Below, one piece after another: positions 22,093-36,300 of a stretch of DNA of 64,000 bases (position 1 is the first letter of the stretch; each line of letters opens with the position of its first letter). This DNA comes from Octopus sinensis (Eukaryota). The stretch spans positions 27,466,001 through 27,530,000 of the forward strand of contig NC_043003.1 of assembly GCF_006345805.1 (NCBI RefSeq), in the 5' to 3' direction. The notes beneath the pieces are model-generated. The model was given only the letters and a program-made list of their open reading frames with translations, made no database searches and was not told the DNA's origin. A program made the translations under genes and the position numbers.

Positions 22093-25000
22093 TATATATA
22101 TACACACACACACACATACACATATATATACGATGGGCTTCCACAATTTCTGTCTACCAAATTCATTCACAAGGCCTGAGCCTATAACAGAAAATGCTTG
22201 CCCAAGGTGCAGTGCAGTGGGACTGAACCCGAAAGTGAGCTTCTTAACCACACAGCTATGCCTGCACCTAATGTAAGAATAAAATCTTTTTTATTTGCAT
22301 ATTGTCTCGCTCTCTCTCTCACACACACACACACAGTGATGCCCTGGGAGTCAGCCCAAGTTCCTAGTACTTTCAACTGACCCGTTCTGACAGTGGTGAT
22401 TAGATGCAATATGGGACAAATGGTTAACAAGTTTGCTTCTCAACCACGAGGTTCTGGGTTCGATACTACTGCATAGCATCATGAATAAATATTTTCCATA
22501 GCCTCGGTTCGACCTACATCTTGTGGGCCTTGTCACACACAATTTTCCTCAGATTCAGCCTGAGAATTACATTAAATGTATACGTGTTTGTAGAATGTTC
22601 AGTCGTTTATACATTTAATTCAGGAGCAGGTAATTTAGTCAATGGGATAACTGAATCCACTTCGTCACACGGAAGAAACAAAAAAAAAAGAAGAAACGAA
22701 AGGAAAGAAAAAGGTTAACGCGCACACATACTTACTAACAAGCATCACATGTATATATTTAAAAAATGAAACTTGAAATTTTGAAAACAATTGTTATGTG
22801 TGTCAGAATGTATGTATGCGCGTTCACCATTTTTTTCACCTTAAGTTCCGATACCATTTTAAAAAGTATTTATAAAAATTTCGACGTAACTTCGGTATAA
22901 GTACCGGATACATTTCAAGAAAGTGGGGTTTTTTTTTAACAAAGTCACGTGTGTACCTATACCGAAGGATCGCCAAAATTTCATTAAAAAACATCAATTT
23001 TTCTGAAAGTTCAGAAGAAACAAATACGATTCGTGTGAATTATCCGAAATTCCTTTCCCTGCTCTCCGAAAAAGTTTTCCACAACAAATTCCGATATAAT
23101 CGGAATTTTCACTATGTGAAAGGTATTTGTAGAGCATTTTATTAAAAAATATCCATTTTACTGAAAGTTATGAGAAACAAAGTTGGGTGAGAGCATACTC
23201 ATGTATTTATTCGAAAGTGAGAAAATAGCTAAAAAAAAATAAATAAAAAGCTTTCCTACGAAATTAGTCTAAGGGAGATAATTATCTAAGTCGTTTCTTT
23301 TTAGTCTCGTGACTTAACGGAGCTATAGATTACATAGAGCACCAAGCAAACCGTGTTTCGATTCCCAGTTAAAGTTAGTTCGCTTGTGTTACTCTGTTAG
23401 AGACATAAACGAAAATCACATGATCGTTATGTCTTCCAAAAACATTCTTCTAATGTTTGATTTAACTCCGCTTCAATTTTGTGTGCGGGGGGAAAGGATA
23501 CAAAACTAAGAATTTATTCAAGTTACATACAAACCACGTAGTTCATATTAAATTCCTTTCAACCAATTGAAGTTTTTCCAATTTTTACCACATTATTTTC
23601 AAAATTGTAGTTGTGTATACTGATGACGGAAACCACATTATTTTTATCTTGAAATTTACAATAAAGAAGTTAATTCATGTAGAGAATTTGAAAAAAAAAA
23701 TCTATTGAAAATTTGAAATACTTAAAATAATTTAATGAAATTTAACAAGGTCCCTAAAGTACTATTTTTGGTATCAGTTTTATCAACATCTGTGTGCCTC
23801 TATACATAACTCCTTAACTAAACAACGGCCCTTCGGCTGTTTAGTTAAGAAGTTCATTTTGAAATCGTGGTTTCGCGCGAATCACTGCTCTATCTTTTAT
23901 AATCACTTCATGGGCGACCAAACCTTATCGAAAATTCTGGAGAAAGAAATTATGCAGAAAACTATAGCACTGTATGTTTGTAGGAAACAGTTGTTATCTG
24001 CTCTGTTTAAAGCCACAAACCAGTCCTTAGGTGTCTTTGGCAGAATCTGTTCTCTGGAACCAATGATGTAATCTCAAAACGGTCATTCGATCTGTTAGAA
24101 ACAGCAAAGAAATCTCCCTTAAACCACAAATATTGGAGGAGAATATATAAGATAAATCTGTCATTGGATTATATCTGAATCATAGATGTGATGGTCACAA
24201 TCATAAAGCAACATAAAGTTAGCTGAATAGAGCCGACCGGGTACTAAATAACTAAATAATAAATACTAACTAGGCGCATCTCTATGGCCACCTGATCTAT
24301 TAGAAACAACACATTTCTCTTTGTTCTCATCTTCTTAAAGAGGGCACTTAATATAACATACTCTACTATACATTATACCTAGGGAGAGCTTCATTACTAG
24401 AATGCTTTTGATCATAAATTTGCTCGATCAAAGCTGACCTGGAGGTTAACAATAAGTCTCCTTATCACATAACGAGGTCACGTGATATGCTGGAAATAGC
24501 AGCTGAATTTCTTTTAAACAGCATCATGTCTTAAAAAAAAAGCATAGCAAATAAAGTAGTGTTATATATTCTAATATGTGACAAATTCATAGGAACATAA
24601 TCAGGCCATGTTTAGGCTATAATCCGGTTTATAGATTAAACGTACATGCATGCATATATGTATGTATGTATGATGTATGTATGTATGTATGTATGTATGT
24701 ATGTGTGCCTGTGTGTGCGTGCGTGCGCGAGAGAAATTAGGATAAACACGAGTATATATTATCCTCTACGAACGTTTTACCATCGGGCGTTTCAAGTTTA
24801 ATTGGATGTCGAACCAGAACAGATCATCAGTAAGCACTTTATTGCATTATGTTACAAGCAATCCCTGGGGTCTGGGGAGATGGAAAACAAGATGGTTATT
24901 GCTTCTCATATAATCAGGGCTGACTCGGGGACGAGCCACAACAAAATCCTCGCTTTCGGATCAATCAACAGTGGTTTTGTTCTTATTTTCTTTACATCAG

Positions 25001-25582
25001 TTTTGAAAGCCCTCGAAAAAGGCTCTGAAAAAACACTGCCTAAAAAAGAAAAGATGTTCTCTTCCTACCCTAGAAAGCATTGGAATGTTATCAAAAAAGT
25101 TGATCCTATTCATAGTATAGTAGTTTTCTGACATTGGTCACTTACTTCCAAAAGTTGGCTCATACTGATTAAACGGGCCCCAATATTTGACTGTTGATGA
25201 AAAGCTATGCTAACCTCGGCGAGATATGAATTTAGAATGTAAATGACTGTATCTAAACATCGTTAGGCATTTTATCCGACACCTAAACAATCCTGCAATC
25301 TACCAACCCTGATCCCCCTGTATCCTGGTTATATTCTACAAGAGTTCATGTTAACGGCTGGAACAATAGGCAGTTGGGATCCAGTAGGAGTTTAAATCCA
25401 AAGCTAATTACAATACTGGTAATAATGTTAATAGACTTAAACGTAATAAGCTAAGAAATATCAAATGTAACTATATTCGCGCTGAAGAGACCTGCTGACA
25501 TACTGAAATAACGCAAAAGTGAAATTGAAGGAAGAAAAGTAAGGGAGGTAACTCCGAAATTTTAATTCTTTCTTTTCTTGAT

Positions 25583-25951
25583 TCTTTTATTTGTTTCAGT
25601 CATTTGACTGCGGCCATATTGGAGCACCGCCTTTAGTCGAGCAAATCGACCCCCAGGACTTATTCTTTGTAAGCCTAGTACTTATTCTATCGGTCACTTT
25701 TGCCGAACCGCTAAGTGTCGGGGATTAAACACACCAGCATCGGTTGTCAAGCGATATTGGGGGGGGGGGGGGGGGGACAAACCTATACACACATATATAC
25801 GACGGGCTTCTTTCAGTTTCCGTCTACCAAATCCACTCACAAGGCTTTGGTTGGCCCGAGGTTATAGTAGAAGACACTTGCCCAAGGTGCCACGCAGTGG
25901 GACTGAACTCGGAACCATGTGGTTGGTAACCCCACAGCCACTCCTGCGCCT
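25583..25951 (-). mobile_element. tRNA-derived SINE, family S1
   Basis: High similarity to 9611-10167 and 27442-27837; further partial copies at ~26815-27175, 43480-43740 and 55080-55330. Confidence 0.9.
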
Positions 25952-26359
25952 ACATTCGTTTAAAATAAAATGGCCAATGCAGTGGAGAGCGAGTCTGAAC
26001 AAGGTACAATAGCAACAATTCTAGAACTGTTTCAATCTTATTAAATCTCATCAACGTATAAGCTTTAAGCTTTACCAGTATTGCCAGGCAAAGATGACTG
26101 TCTGTGTGTGTCTCTCTCCATAAACTTTGGATTTGGATACATGAGAAATATCAACTGTCATGAATGTCCTCAAATGTTCGGATAATGCATCGGATTCATA
26201 TGAATTTCGCAAAGCGCATCGAACTTTTTCATTCCTACTAACAGAAACCATGTTTAAAATGTTATTCATTAATAAAATTAAATGAAATTAATTGAAAATA
26301 TGCGTTTTCACCTATGCATCTAGATTTTACGATTATCATGCATGCATGTATGCATAGTC

Positions 26360-26732
26360 GGTGGAGGCGCAATGGCCCAGTGGTTAGGGCAGCGGACTCA
26401 CGGTTTCGATTCCCAGACCGGGCGTTGTGAGTGTTTATTGAGCGAAAACACCTAAAGCTCCACGAGGCTCTGGCAGGGGATGGTGGTGATACCTGCTGTA
26501 CCTTTTCACCACAACTTTCTCTCACTCTTACTTCCTGTTTCTGTTGTACCTGTATTTCAAAGGGCCGGCCTTGTCACTCTCTGTGTCACGCTGAATATCC
26601 CCGAGAACTACGTTAAGGGTACACGTGTCTGTGGAGTGCTCAGCCACTTACACGTTAATTTCACGAGCAGGCTGTTCCGTTGATTCGGATCAACCGGAAC
26701 CCTCGTCATCGTAACCGACGGAGTGCTTCCAC
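26360..26732 (+). mobile_element. Full-length tRNA-derived SINE (family S3) with 10-bp TSD
   Basis: A-box-like TGGCCCAGTGG and B-box-like GGTTTCGATTCCC; ATGCATAGTC at 26350-26359 and 26733-26742. Confidence 0.85.
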
Positions 26733-27173
26733 ATGCATAGTCTCTTTAAATTCTTCCTCTGAGGAAGGAACTGGTTACTAACAAAAATACACAGCTCCAT
26801 CGTTGGAATATCTTTTACTTTTACTTGTTTCAGTCATTTGACTGCGGCCATGCAGGGGTACCGGTTTGAATTTTTTTTTAGTCAAATGAATCGAACCCAG
26901 TATTTATTATTTTTTTCAAGCCCGAACCTTATTCTATTGGTCTCTTTTTGCAGAACCATTATGTTACGGGAACGTAAACACACCAACACCGGTTGTCAAG
27001 TAGCAGTGGGGGAAAACACATGCACAGACCCCGGACTTCTTTCAGCTTCCGTCTATCGAATCCACTCATAAGGCTTTGGTCGGCTTGGGATTATATCTGA
27101 AGATTCTTGCTCGAGGTGTCACGCTGTAGACTGAACCTAAGCTCACATATTTGGGAAGCAAGTCACGCCTACG

Positions 27174-27209
<36 letters not shown>

Positions 27210-27274
27210 AAAATATAAGTATGAACCCGGAACTATGTGGTTGGGAAGCAAACTTCTTACCACACAGCCACGCA

Positions 27275-27960
27275 TTCTAAACTTGAGAAAAGTCTTGCAT
27301 ACTTTTACTGTTCCGCTTACAGGTTGTATTTGTAATGTGCGAGTCGGTTGAGTTCTTTTTCTTAAAACCCTAGCTTATCCAGATTGTCACTTAGGCATTT
27401 ACTCACGTAACCAAGTGCACCAATTATTATTGGTATAAGTGTTACTCTTTTACTTGTTTCAGTCATTTGACTGTGGCCACGCTGGAACACTGCCTTTAGT
27501 CGAGCAAATCGACCCCAGGACTTATTCTTTGTAAGCCTAGTACTTATTCTATCGGTCACTTTTGCCGAACTGCTAAGTTACGGGGACGTAAACACACCAG
27601 CATCGGTTGTCAAGCGATGTTGGGGGGACAAACACAGATACACAAACATATACACACGCACATACATATATATACGACGGGCTTCTTTCAATTTCCGTTT
27701 ACCAAATCTACTTACAAGGCTTTGGTCGGCCCGAGGCTATAGGAGAAGACACTTGCCCAAGGTGCCACGCAGTGGGACTGAACCCGGAACCATGTGGTTG
27801 GTAAGCAAGCTACTTACCACACAGCCGCTCCTACGCCTTATTATTATATAATCTAGATATAGAAGCTGGAGGTTTCGAAGCAATTGTCCATTGTTATCCT
27901 CTTTTATATTTTCAAAGCGATGTTCACATAGCAGGACAGTGACCAGGATTAAACATACTA
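27275..27960 (-). mobile_element. R4/Dong 3' fragment interrupted by a full-length S1 SINE (27442-27837)
   Basis: Minus frames give ..GQLLRNLQLLYLDY [SINE] IPIIIGALGYVSKCLSDNLDKLGF..LQIQPVSGTVKVCKTFLKF, i.e. contiguous host protein on both sides of the SINE. Confidence 0.75.
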
Positions 27961-30900
27961 GCATCGGTTGTCAAGCGATGTTGGGGGGGGGCAAACCTAT
28001 ACACACATATATACGGTATGTACTATTTCTTGTCTGTTTCAAAAAACAATATCGGGCCTGTTATGTTATCATAGGAATGTTCCACCAGTATTCCTTGTGC
28101 TGATGTTTATATATGTATTCAATAACAGGGCGATTCTATATATATATATTCCAGGATAGCATGCATCCATCCATCCAACCAACCAACCAACCAACCAGCC
28201 AATCAGCCAGCCAACCAACCAACCAACCAACCAACCAACTATATTAGCCGTGCCATGTGCCTTCAGCTCCTGATGGAATCGTGGAGATACTTTCCTGATA
28301 TAAAGCGTATCGTGGGGGATTTTCACACCTGGTGGAGCCTATTCCCTCTCCAAATCATACAACAACTGATTTCTTCGAGAAATCACCCTCCTATTTCTGC
28401 TTTATTTTTAAACATAGGATGGTAATCAACCAACTCAATTTCTGTGTATGACTTGTGTATCACCTCGTTTCTACAAAGAAAGGATGAGAAATAAAGAGTG
28501 AGAAAAATAATATTACTTGCTATAATATAAATACTATTCTCCGATTTATGGAGAAAGATGATCCATCCGTCAATGGTCAAAGATGTTTCAACCATGACCA
28601 CCCCGCCTTTAATTTTAGCGACTGTATAGTCAATGTTGAGAAAGATTCCAATAAATAAATAATCTATTACTAAATTATTGATGGAAAGTTCATAAGAAAA
28701 GTGAAAACAATATTAGCAAAAGTAAACTGGTACGTTATACTCCAGGATCTCCTCACGTTGTTCATCAAGTCCTACCTTGTTAAAACGGTCTAATTTGAAG
28801 GGGGTTTGGTTTGTTAACAATGGTTTTTAGCGTTAGGTCACCAGGTTAGTTCTGGTCGACCACATCTCTCTATCCACAAACAGCCATCTACCATATTGAA
28901 CTGTGTCTTTTTTATGACTGGAGAGTGATTTGAGGCAGATTTGGTGCAATTTCTAACAGGTCGAACAGCCTTCTACTTTGTAGTCACATTGAGGATGGAT
29001 TATGGAATCGAAGCCTGTATTTAGTTAAGACTCCATTTTATTGACTCCTGGCAAGTAATAACAAAGTTGTCGACTGAACCGTAAAGAGCCCTGACTTAAC
29101 AATTCTGCAAATCACTGATTTATAAACCAAAGACATCCCAACCACGATCCTTTCGTTTTTTCTGATATTTCTTTTTCTCAGACTACATAATCCAATATCT
29201 CCTTCCTTTAAAAAGTAATAAAATAGCAACAAAAAAAAATGTGGTTGAGTGTTATTTGAGCGTGTGGTATTTGATCTGGTTCTATGTACTCAAAATTCAA
29301 ATCCTATCGAGTTTAACTTCACTTTTTATCCTTGCAGAATCGATAAATTGTCAGTCGTGGAGTAGAGATCAAAATGTCTATCCTCTCGGATAGGTTACGT
29401 AATATAATTAGAAAGATCGTAGGAAACCATTCACATTGTTCCTTTCTCCAGAAAACAATAGCTGTGTGGCTAACAGGTTCGCTTCGCAACTATATGACAC
29501 CTTGGGCAAGTGTCTCCTTCAATATCCACCAGTTGACCAATGTGAGTGAATTTGATAAGTGGAAACTATATGGAGTTTGTCACACATATGTATGTTTCAT
29601 TGTTTGCTGACTGTTATTTTTTTCATTTTTATTTGCTGAGTCTGGAGAAAGGGTCAGTGCTCATGACCACTAAGACAGGTGGTGGTGCGTGGGGTGATGT
29701 CATTAAACTGTTCCGTTTAAATTATTACTGGTCAACACCTACAGGAAAGACGAGAGCAGGGAGAATATTCCAACAGGTCGATTTTTGAGGACAGAACACA
29801 GTAGTTAGTGCGGGGCTAGAGAAGAAGAGATGGTTGACGAAAAAGGGATAACAGGAAGTGGAGAGATGAAGGGGTCATGGGACAACAATGAAAAAGGTAC
29901 AAAATCAGTCAGATCTGAGGAACAGAGATCATTAGAGTAGTAACAAAAAAAGACAGAGAAGAGATACCACGCTTGTTTAAGTTCTTGTTACTTACCAGTT
30001 CGGCAATAGAATAAGTACGAAACGTACAATAAGTACCGTGGTCGACTTCATTCCGTAACTCATTCAAGGCGGTACCTCATTATGACCACAGTCTAATTAC
30101 TGATACAAGAGAGAAAAAAATTGAACAAAGATCTAACAACTACTCATAGAAAAAAACCGATTTTCTACTGGAATATTCCAAGAAGGGATCAATATAAGTT
30201 AAGTGTACAGCACAGAACAAAACTAAAGAGGGAAAATGTGATTTGAAAATTTGACTGCTTTTCTAGCAGGTCGAACATTCCTTGTACATTGTACGATCTT
30301 CGTAGAATAACAAGGTTGAGTTACTGGTGGTCACAGACGGAGACGGAGTTTCCATCACCGACTGTAGCATCTCGTAAGCCAGAATAACCTTTGAATAAGG
30401 TATGAATGCCACACATTCACATCGTCTTAAGTGGACAGAGATGATAACGGAACATCAGATGACAAACTATTCCTATGGTTCACCTGGGGCAGGAGTCGTC
30501 GAACCAGGGTATATGACCCAAAGTGAGACAAAAATGGAATTCTTCGGAGTAATGAGGACTCATTAGGCATCAAGATTATATTAAAAAAATGTGTTCCTTG
30601 CTACGGCAGAAATTTTTCTTCAGGCATGAGGAGGCAGTCAAAAAGTTGCTTCCTTTTGTAACATCCCGCCTTTGTGGACAAGGATTTCCCACTCTAACGA
30701 ACGTAAAAACAAAGCATGTCGTCTTTCGGTCAGTCCCACAGCGCGGCACCTTGGGCAAGTGTCTTCTACTATAGCTCTGAACGGACCAAATATTGAATGG
30801 ATTTGGTAGACGGAAACTTGAAAGAAACCCGTCGTGTGTGTGTGTGTATGTTAAAAGGTGTCAGTATATTTACGTCTCCCCTATCTCAGCAGTTCGTCAA

Positions 30901-31132
30901 AAAGGAGTCGAAAGAATAAATACCAGGCTTAAAAATAAGTGCCGGTGTCGATTTTTTCGACAAAATACTTCAAGGTGGTGCCCCAGCTTGGTCGCAGTCC
31001 AAAAACTGAAACAAGTAAAAATAAACGGTAAAAGCTATATATATATATATATGTGACAGAAAGAAAGAAATCTAAATAATGACCAGGTGTTGCGTAAGCT
31101 GTTCTGTTCGAAGGAAGGACCAAGAGATCACG

Positions 31133-31147
31133 AGAAAATTCGAGAAA
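31133..31147 (+). promoter_or_regulatory. Perfect three-unit heat-shock element (HSE)
   Basis: aGAAaaTTCgaGAAa matches nGAAnnTTCnnGAAn exactly, ~1 kb upstream of the ZFAND2 ATG. Confidence 0.65.
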
Positions 31148-31228
31148 CAAGACAGACACGTAACCGCAAAAAAAAATTTGCCATCTCATTGACAACTCAA
31201 TAACAATGACAACACAGTTTGAGTGAGG

Positions 31229-31521
31229 CCGGAAGTGGATCTATGTCTGTACTTGTATGTGTATGTATGTGTGCGTGCGTGTGTGTAAATGTCACAGTAA
31301 ACGGAAGTGACGTTTTTACAATTGTGGTGATAAAGGTGACAGCGGCGGGGAAGAAGCCAGCATGTAGAGGTCGGCGACGACGACGGTGGTGGAAGTGCAG
31401 TTAGAAGCAAGCAGCAGCAGGATTGAGCGATAGAGGCGGTGGTGTTAGTAGTGGCGGCGGAAGAAGCAGCAGTAGTAGTAGTAGTAGCACTGGCGGTGGT
31501 GGTTAGCAGGGTATTATAAAA
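31229..31521 (+). promoter_or_regulatory. Putative core promoter of ZFAND2: two ETS/GABP-type sites and a TATA-like box
   Basis: CCGGAAGTG 31229-31237, ACGGAAGTG 31301-31309, TATAAAA 31515-31521; locally GC/CpG-rich. TSS not determinable. Confidence 0.45.
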
Positions 31522-32166
31522 CCCGAAGCTGGTTTACCCATCCCGAAGTTAGATAGTTAACATTTTCAATCGGGTGCACCGCTTACTTGGAGGACGAGGA
31601 AAAAGAACAACACCAGAAGTTTCGCATTTATATTTTATTATATATTATTATTAACTAATTAATTGGGGGTTTAAAAAAGTGGGGAAAACACCCTCATTTA
31701 ATGTAGATAGATTTGTATATTTTTTCTGTTCTGATTTTTCTTTTTCTCCTCTCTCTGTCGCTCTTTCTTTTTCTGTTTATTCTTCTGGGAGTGATTTCTG
31801 TGGTGGTTTGTGATTAAGGAATTTTAACTGAAAGAACTTAAAAAAAAAAAAGTCTCTCAGAAGTAGCAATAATAGACGAGAGATACTCTCTCTGTGAGAG
31901 ACCAGCTTACTCTATAGTTTTAATATTCTGTGTAAAACTAAACACACAGCATTACACATACTGACACACTAAAAACACGGATCACAGCTCTATTTACTAC
32001 AACACACACATAGACACACACACACGCACATACACTTATATACACATAAACATCTGACCAACATACGACGGTAATAATAACTAATAATAATCATAAACAG
32101 CAGCAGAAACGTAGAGACAGAGAAAAAAAGACTCTTAAAGAAAGAAGAAAAAAAAAACAAGAAAGG

Positions 32167-32221
32167 ATGGAATTTCCTCATCTGGGTGCTAATTGTGGTG
32201 AATCTACCTGTAAAATGCTGG
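32167..32221 (+). CDS. ZFAND2B: AN1-type zinc finger protein 2 (AIRAP/AIRAPL family), coding exon 1 (MEFPHLGANCGESTCKML+G)
   Basis: N-terminus closely matches the ZFAND2A/B pattern MEFPDLGxHC; donor G|GTAATT, phase 1, joins exon 2 to make Asp (LDFLP). Paralogue A versus B cannot be resolved from this part. Confidence 0.93.
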
Positions 32222-32356
32222 GTAATTATACAGATTTATATTTTTCTCTTTGCAACATTTCATTTCACTCTCTCAGTCACACTAACCATTATTACCGCAC
32301 CTGTCTTCTCGTGACAAAATGTTTGTCTTCTCCACAGCTTGTCTTATATGTATGTG

Positions 32357-32407
<51 letters not shown>

Positions 32408-32632
32408 AATATAAATATATACAATATATACATAAACTAGGTGTTTCTATCTAAATATATGTTCGTTTGCCTAATTGCTTTTCTTATAGTTTTATCATCT
32501 ATCTATGTATCTATCTGACTATAATTGTCTGTCTGCGCTGTTTGTCAGTTTGTCCAGCTGTCTGCCTTTCTCAGTAGATGTCTCTTTTCGTCTTTTACTG
32601 TCCATCTACCATATCTAGCTATCTGTGTGTGA

Positions 32633-32672
<40 letters not shown>

Positions 32673-33232
32673 CTGTTTTCTGTCCGTCAAGATATCTGAC
32701 TTTCTATCTATATGTGTATGTCTGTCAGACTATCTATCAGGGTGTCTACGTATCTACCAGTCTGTCTCTAAATTTAGCTATCCATCTGTCTGCATGTTTA
32801 TATATCTATCATACTGCTTATGTGTGCGTATGTCATATTTGTCGGTTTCTGTTCAACTAACCATTAGTTTATTTGTCCATCTATCTGTCATATCTAGTTA
32901 CCTCCGCGTATATCTACACATCTATCTTTTTACCTATCCTTCTAGCTATTCTCTATATGTCTGTCTATCTTTCATCGAGTCCATTTAGTTGTCTGTCAAA
33001 CTGCCAAGCTTTTTACCACCTACGAATTAAGTGTCTTTGACCATCTTTCTGCGGCACATCTAAGCTATCACTCTTCATGTCAATTTAGCTGTCTTTCTAT
33101 AACAGACCACTTAGCTGTCTATCTACATGTTCATCTAGGCCTCTACCTGTATCTCTAGATTTCCACACAGCTGGCTATTTCTAGATTCCTTTAAAGCTGT
33201 CTTTCTCTCTCTCTCTCTTCTCTCTCTCTCTC

Positions 33233-33324
<92 letters not shown>

Positions 33325-33370
33325 AATAGCTGTCTTTCTCTTCAACAGTTCATATAACTATCTTGCTACA

Positions 33371-36300
33371 TGTCCATACAGCTGGTCATTTCTATACCTG
33401 TCCATCTCTCTCTCCCACTCTTCTCTCTCTTTCTTATATATATATATATGTATATTGTCTCTTTCCCTACATGCCCACCTCACTATTTGCCTCTCATACC
33501 TGCATCTCTTCCTGTCTCTCTGTTTCTCCACCTGTCCATCAGACACTCTGTCGCTCTACCTGTTCATAACACTGTCTGCCACTCTACCTGTCCATCAGAG
33601 AGTCTGCTTTTCTTCCTGCCCATCAGACAGTCTGCCTCTCTACCTGACCATCAGACAGTCTGCCTCTCTACATGACCATCAGACATTCTGCTTTTCTTCT
33701 GCCCATCAGACAGTCTGCCTCTCCACCTGACCATCAGACAGTCTGCCTCTCTACCTGACCATCAGACAGTCTGCCTCTCTACCTGACCATCAGACAGTCT
33801 GCCTCTCTACCTGACCATCAGACAGTCTGCCTCTCTACCTGACCATCAGACAGTCTGCCTCTTTACCTGTCTATGAGAGAGTTTGCCTCTCTACCTGACC
33901 ATGAGACAGTCTGCCTCTCCACCTGACCATCAGACAGTCTGCCTCTCCACCTGACCATCAGACAGTCTGCCTCTCCACCTGACCATCAGGCAGTCTGCCT
34001 CTCTACCTGTCCATCAGACAGTCTGCCTCTCTACCTGTCCATCAGACAGACTGCCTCTCTACCTGTCCATCAGACAGTCTGCCTCTCTACCTGTCCATCA
34101 GACAGTCTGCCTCTCTACCTGTCCATCAGACAGTCTGCCTCTCTACCTGTCCATCAGACAGTCTGCCTCTCTACCTGTCCATCAGACAGTCTGCCTCTCT
34201 ACCTGTCCATCAGACAGTCTGCCTCTCTACCTGCCCATCAGACAGTCTGCCTCTCTACCTGACCATCAGACAGTCTGCCTCTCTAACTGACCATCAGACA
34301 TTCTGCTTTTCTTCCTGCCCATCAGACAGTCTGCCTCTCTACCTGACCATCAGATAGTCTGCCTCTCTACCTGACCATCAGAAAGTCTGCCTCTTTACCT
34401 GTCTATGAGAGAGTTTGCCTCTCTACCTGACCATCAGACAGTCTGCCTCTCCACCTGACCATCAGGCAGTCTGCCTCTCCACCTGACCATCAGACAGTCT
34501 GCCTCTCCACCTGACCATCAGACAGTCTGCCTCTCCACCTGTCCATCAGACAGTCTGCCTCTCTACCTGTCCATCAGACAGTCTGCCTCTCTACCTGTCC
34601 ATCAGACAGTCTGCCTCTCTACCTGTCCATCAGACAGTCTGCCTCTCTACCTGTCCATCAGACAGTCTGCCTCTCTACCTGTCTATGAGAGAGTCTGCCT
34701 CTCTACCTGTCTATGAGAGAGTCTGCCTCTCCACCTGACCATCAGACAGTCTGCCTCTCTACCTGTCCATCACACAGTCTGCCTCTCTACATGTCCATCA
34801 TACAGTCTGCCTCTCTACATGTCCATCATACAGTCTGCCTCTCTACATGTCCATCAGACAGTCTGCTCCTCTACTTGTCCATCAGACAGTCTGCCTCTTG
34901 TCCATCAGAGAGTCTGCCCCTCTAGTTGTCCATCAGACGGTCTGCCTCTCTACTTGTCCATCAGACAGTCTGTCTCACTCTTCCTGTCCATCACACAGTC
35001 TATCTCTCTCCCTGTCCATAGTCTGCCTCTCTACTTGTCCATTACACAGCCTGTCCCACTACCTGTCCATTACACAGCCTGTCCCACTACCTGTCCATTA
35101 CACAGTCTGTCCCACTACCTGTCCATTACACAGTCTGTCCCACTACCTGTCCATTAAACGGCCTGTCTCACTACCTGTCCGCTACACAGCCTTTCTCTCT
35201 ACCTGTCCGTTACACAGCCTGTCTCTCAACCTGTCCATCACACAGTCTTTCTCTCTCCCTGTCCACAGTCTGCCCTACCTGTCCGTCGCACAGCCTGTGT
35301 CCCTAGCTGTCCATCGCGCAGCCTGTGTCCCTACCCGTCCGTCGCGCAGCCTGTGTCCCTACCCGTCCGTCGCGCAGCCTGTGTCCCTACCCGTCCGTCG
35401 CGCAGCCTGTGTCCCTACCCGTCCGTCGCACAGCCTGTGTCCCTACCCGTCCGTCGTGCAGCCTGTGTCCCTACCCGTCCGTCGCGCAGCCTGTGTCCCT
35501 ACCCGTCCGTCGCGCAGCCTGTGTCCCTACCCTCCGTCACGCAGCCTGTGTCCCTACCCGTCCGTCGCGCAGCCTGTGTCCCTACCCGTCCGTCGCGCAG
35601 CCTGTGTCCCTACCCGTCCGACGCATCTGCCTGTGTCCCTACCCGTCCGACGCATCTGCCCGATAAACAGCCTGTCTTTTTACCCGTGCATTAAATAGCC
35701 TGTCTCTCTACCCAGCTGTTAAATAGCCTGTCTCTCTACCCGTCCGTTAAACAGCCTGTCTCTCTACCCGTCCGTTAAACAGCCTGTCTCTCTACCTGTC
35801 CGTTAAACAGCCTGTCTCTCTACCTGTCCGTTAAACAGCCTGTCTCTCTACCTGTCCGTTAAACAGCCTGTCTCTCTACCTGTCCGTTAAACAGCCTGTC
35901 TCTCTACCTGTCCGTTAAACAGCCTGTCTCTCTACCTGTCCGTTAAACAGCCTGTCTCTCTACCTGTCTGTTAAACAGCCTGTCTCTCTACCTGCCCGTT
36001 AAACAGCCTGTCTCTCCATCTGTCTTTTTAACTCACTACCTGTCCATTATGCAGAATCTCTTAATACCTGTCCATAACACATCTTGTCTCCCTACCTGTC
36101 TGTTACACAGCCTGTCTCCCTACCTCTCCATTACACTGCCTGTCTCCCTACCTCTCCATTACACAGTTTGTCTCCCTACCTGTCCGTTACACGGCCTGTC
36201 TCTCTACCTGTCCGTTACATATGCCCATCTCCATACCTGTCCATTACACAGTCTGTCTCCTTGCCTGATGGTTACACAGTCTATCTCTCTACCAGAAGTG

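Noticed and set aside
23086-23108. Perfect 10-bp inverted repeat AAATTCCGAT-ATA-ATCGGAATTT
   Set aside because: Short and within a degenerate AT-rich repeat; no evidence of function.
23808-23854. 17-bp stem hairpin (1 mismatch) resembling an intrinsic terminator
   Set aside because: Eukaryotic intergenic DNA; more likely internal to a decayed transposon; nothing further supports it.
26072-26269. 65-aa minus-strand ORF ending near a possible GT donor
   Set aside because: No recognisable homology and no partner exons; could be chance.
26360-26440. tRNA-like sequence
   Set aside because: No complete cloverleaf; it continues into a SINE body with a TSD. The same holds for the other tRNA-like heads.
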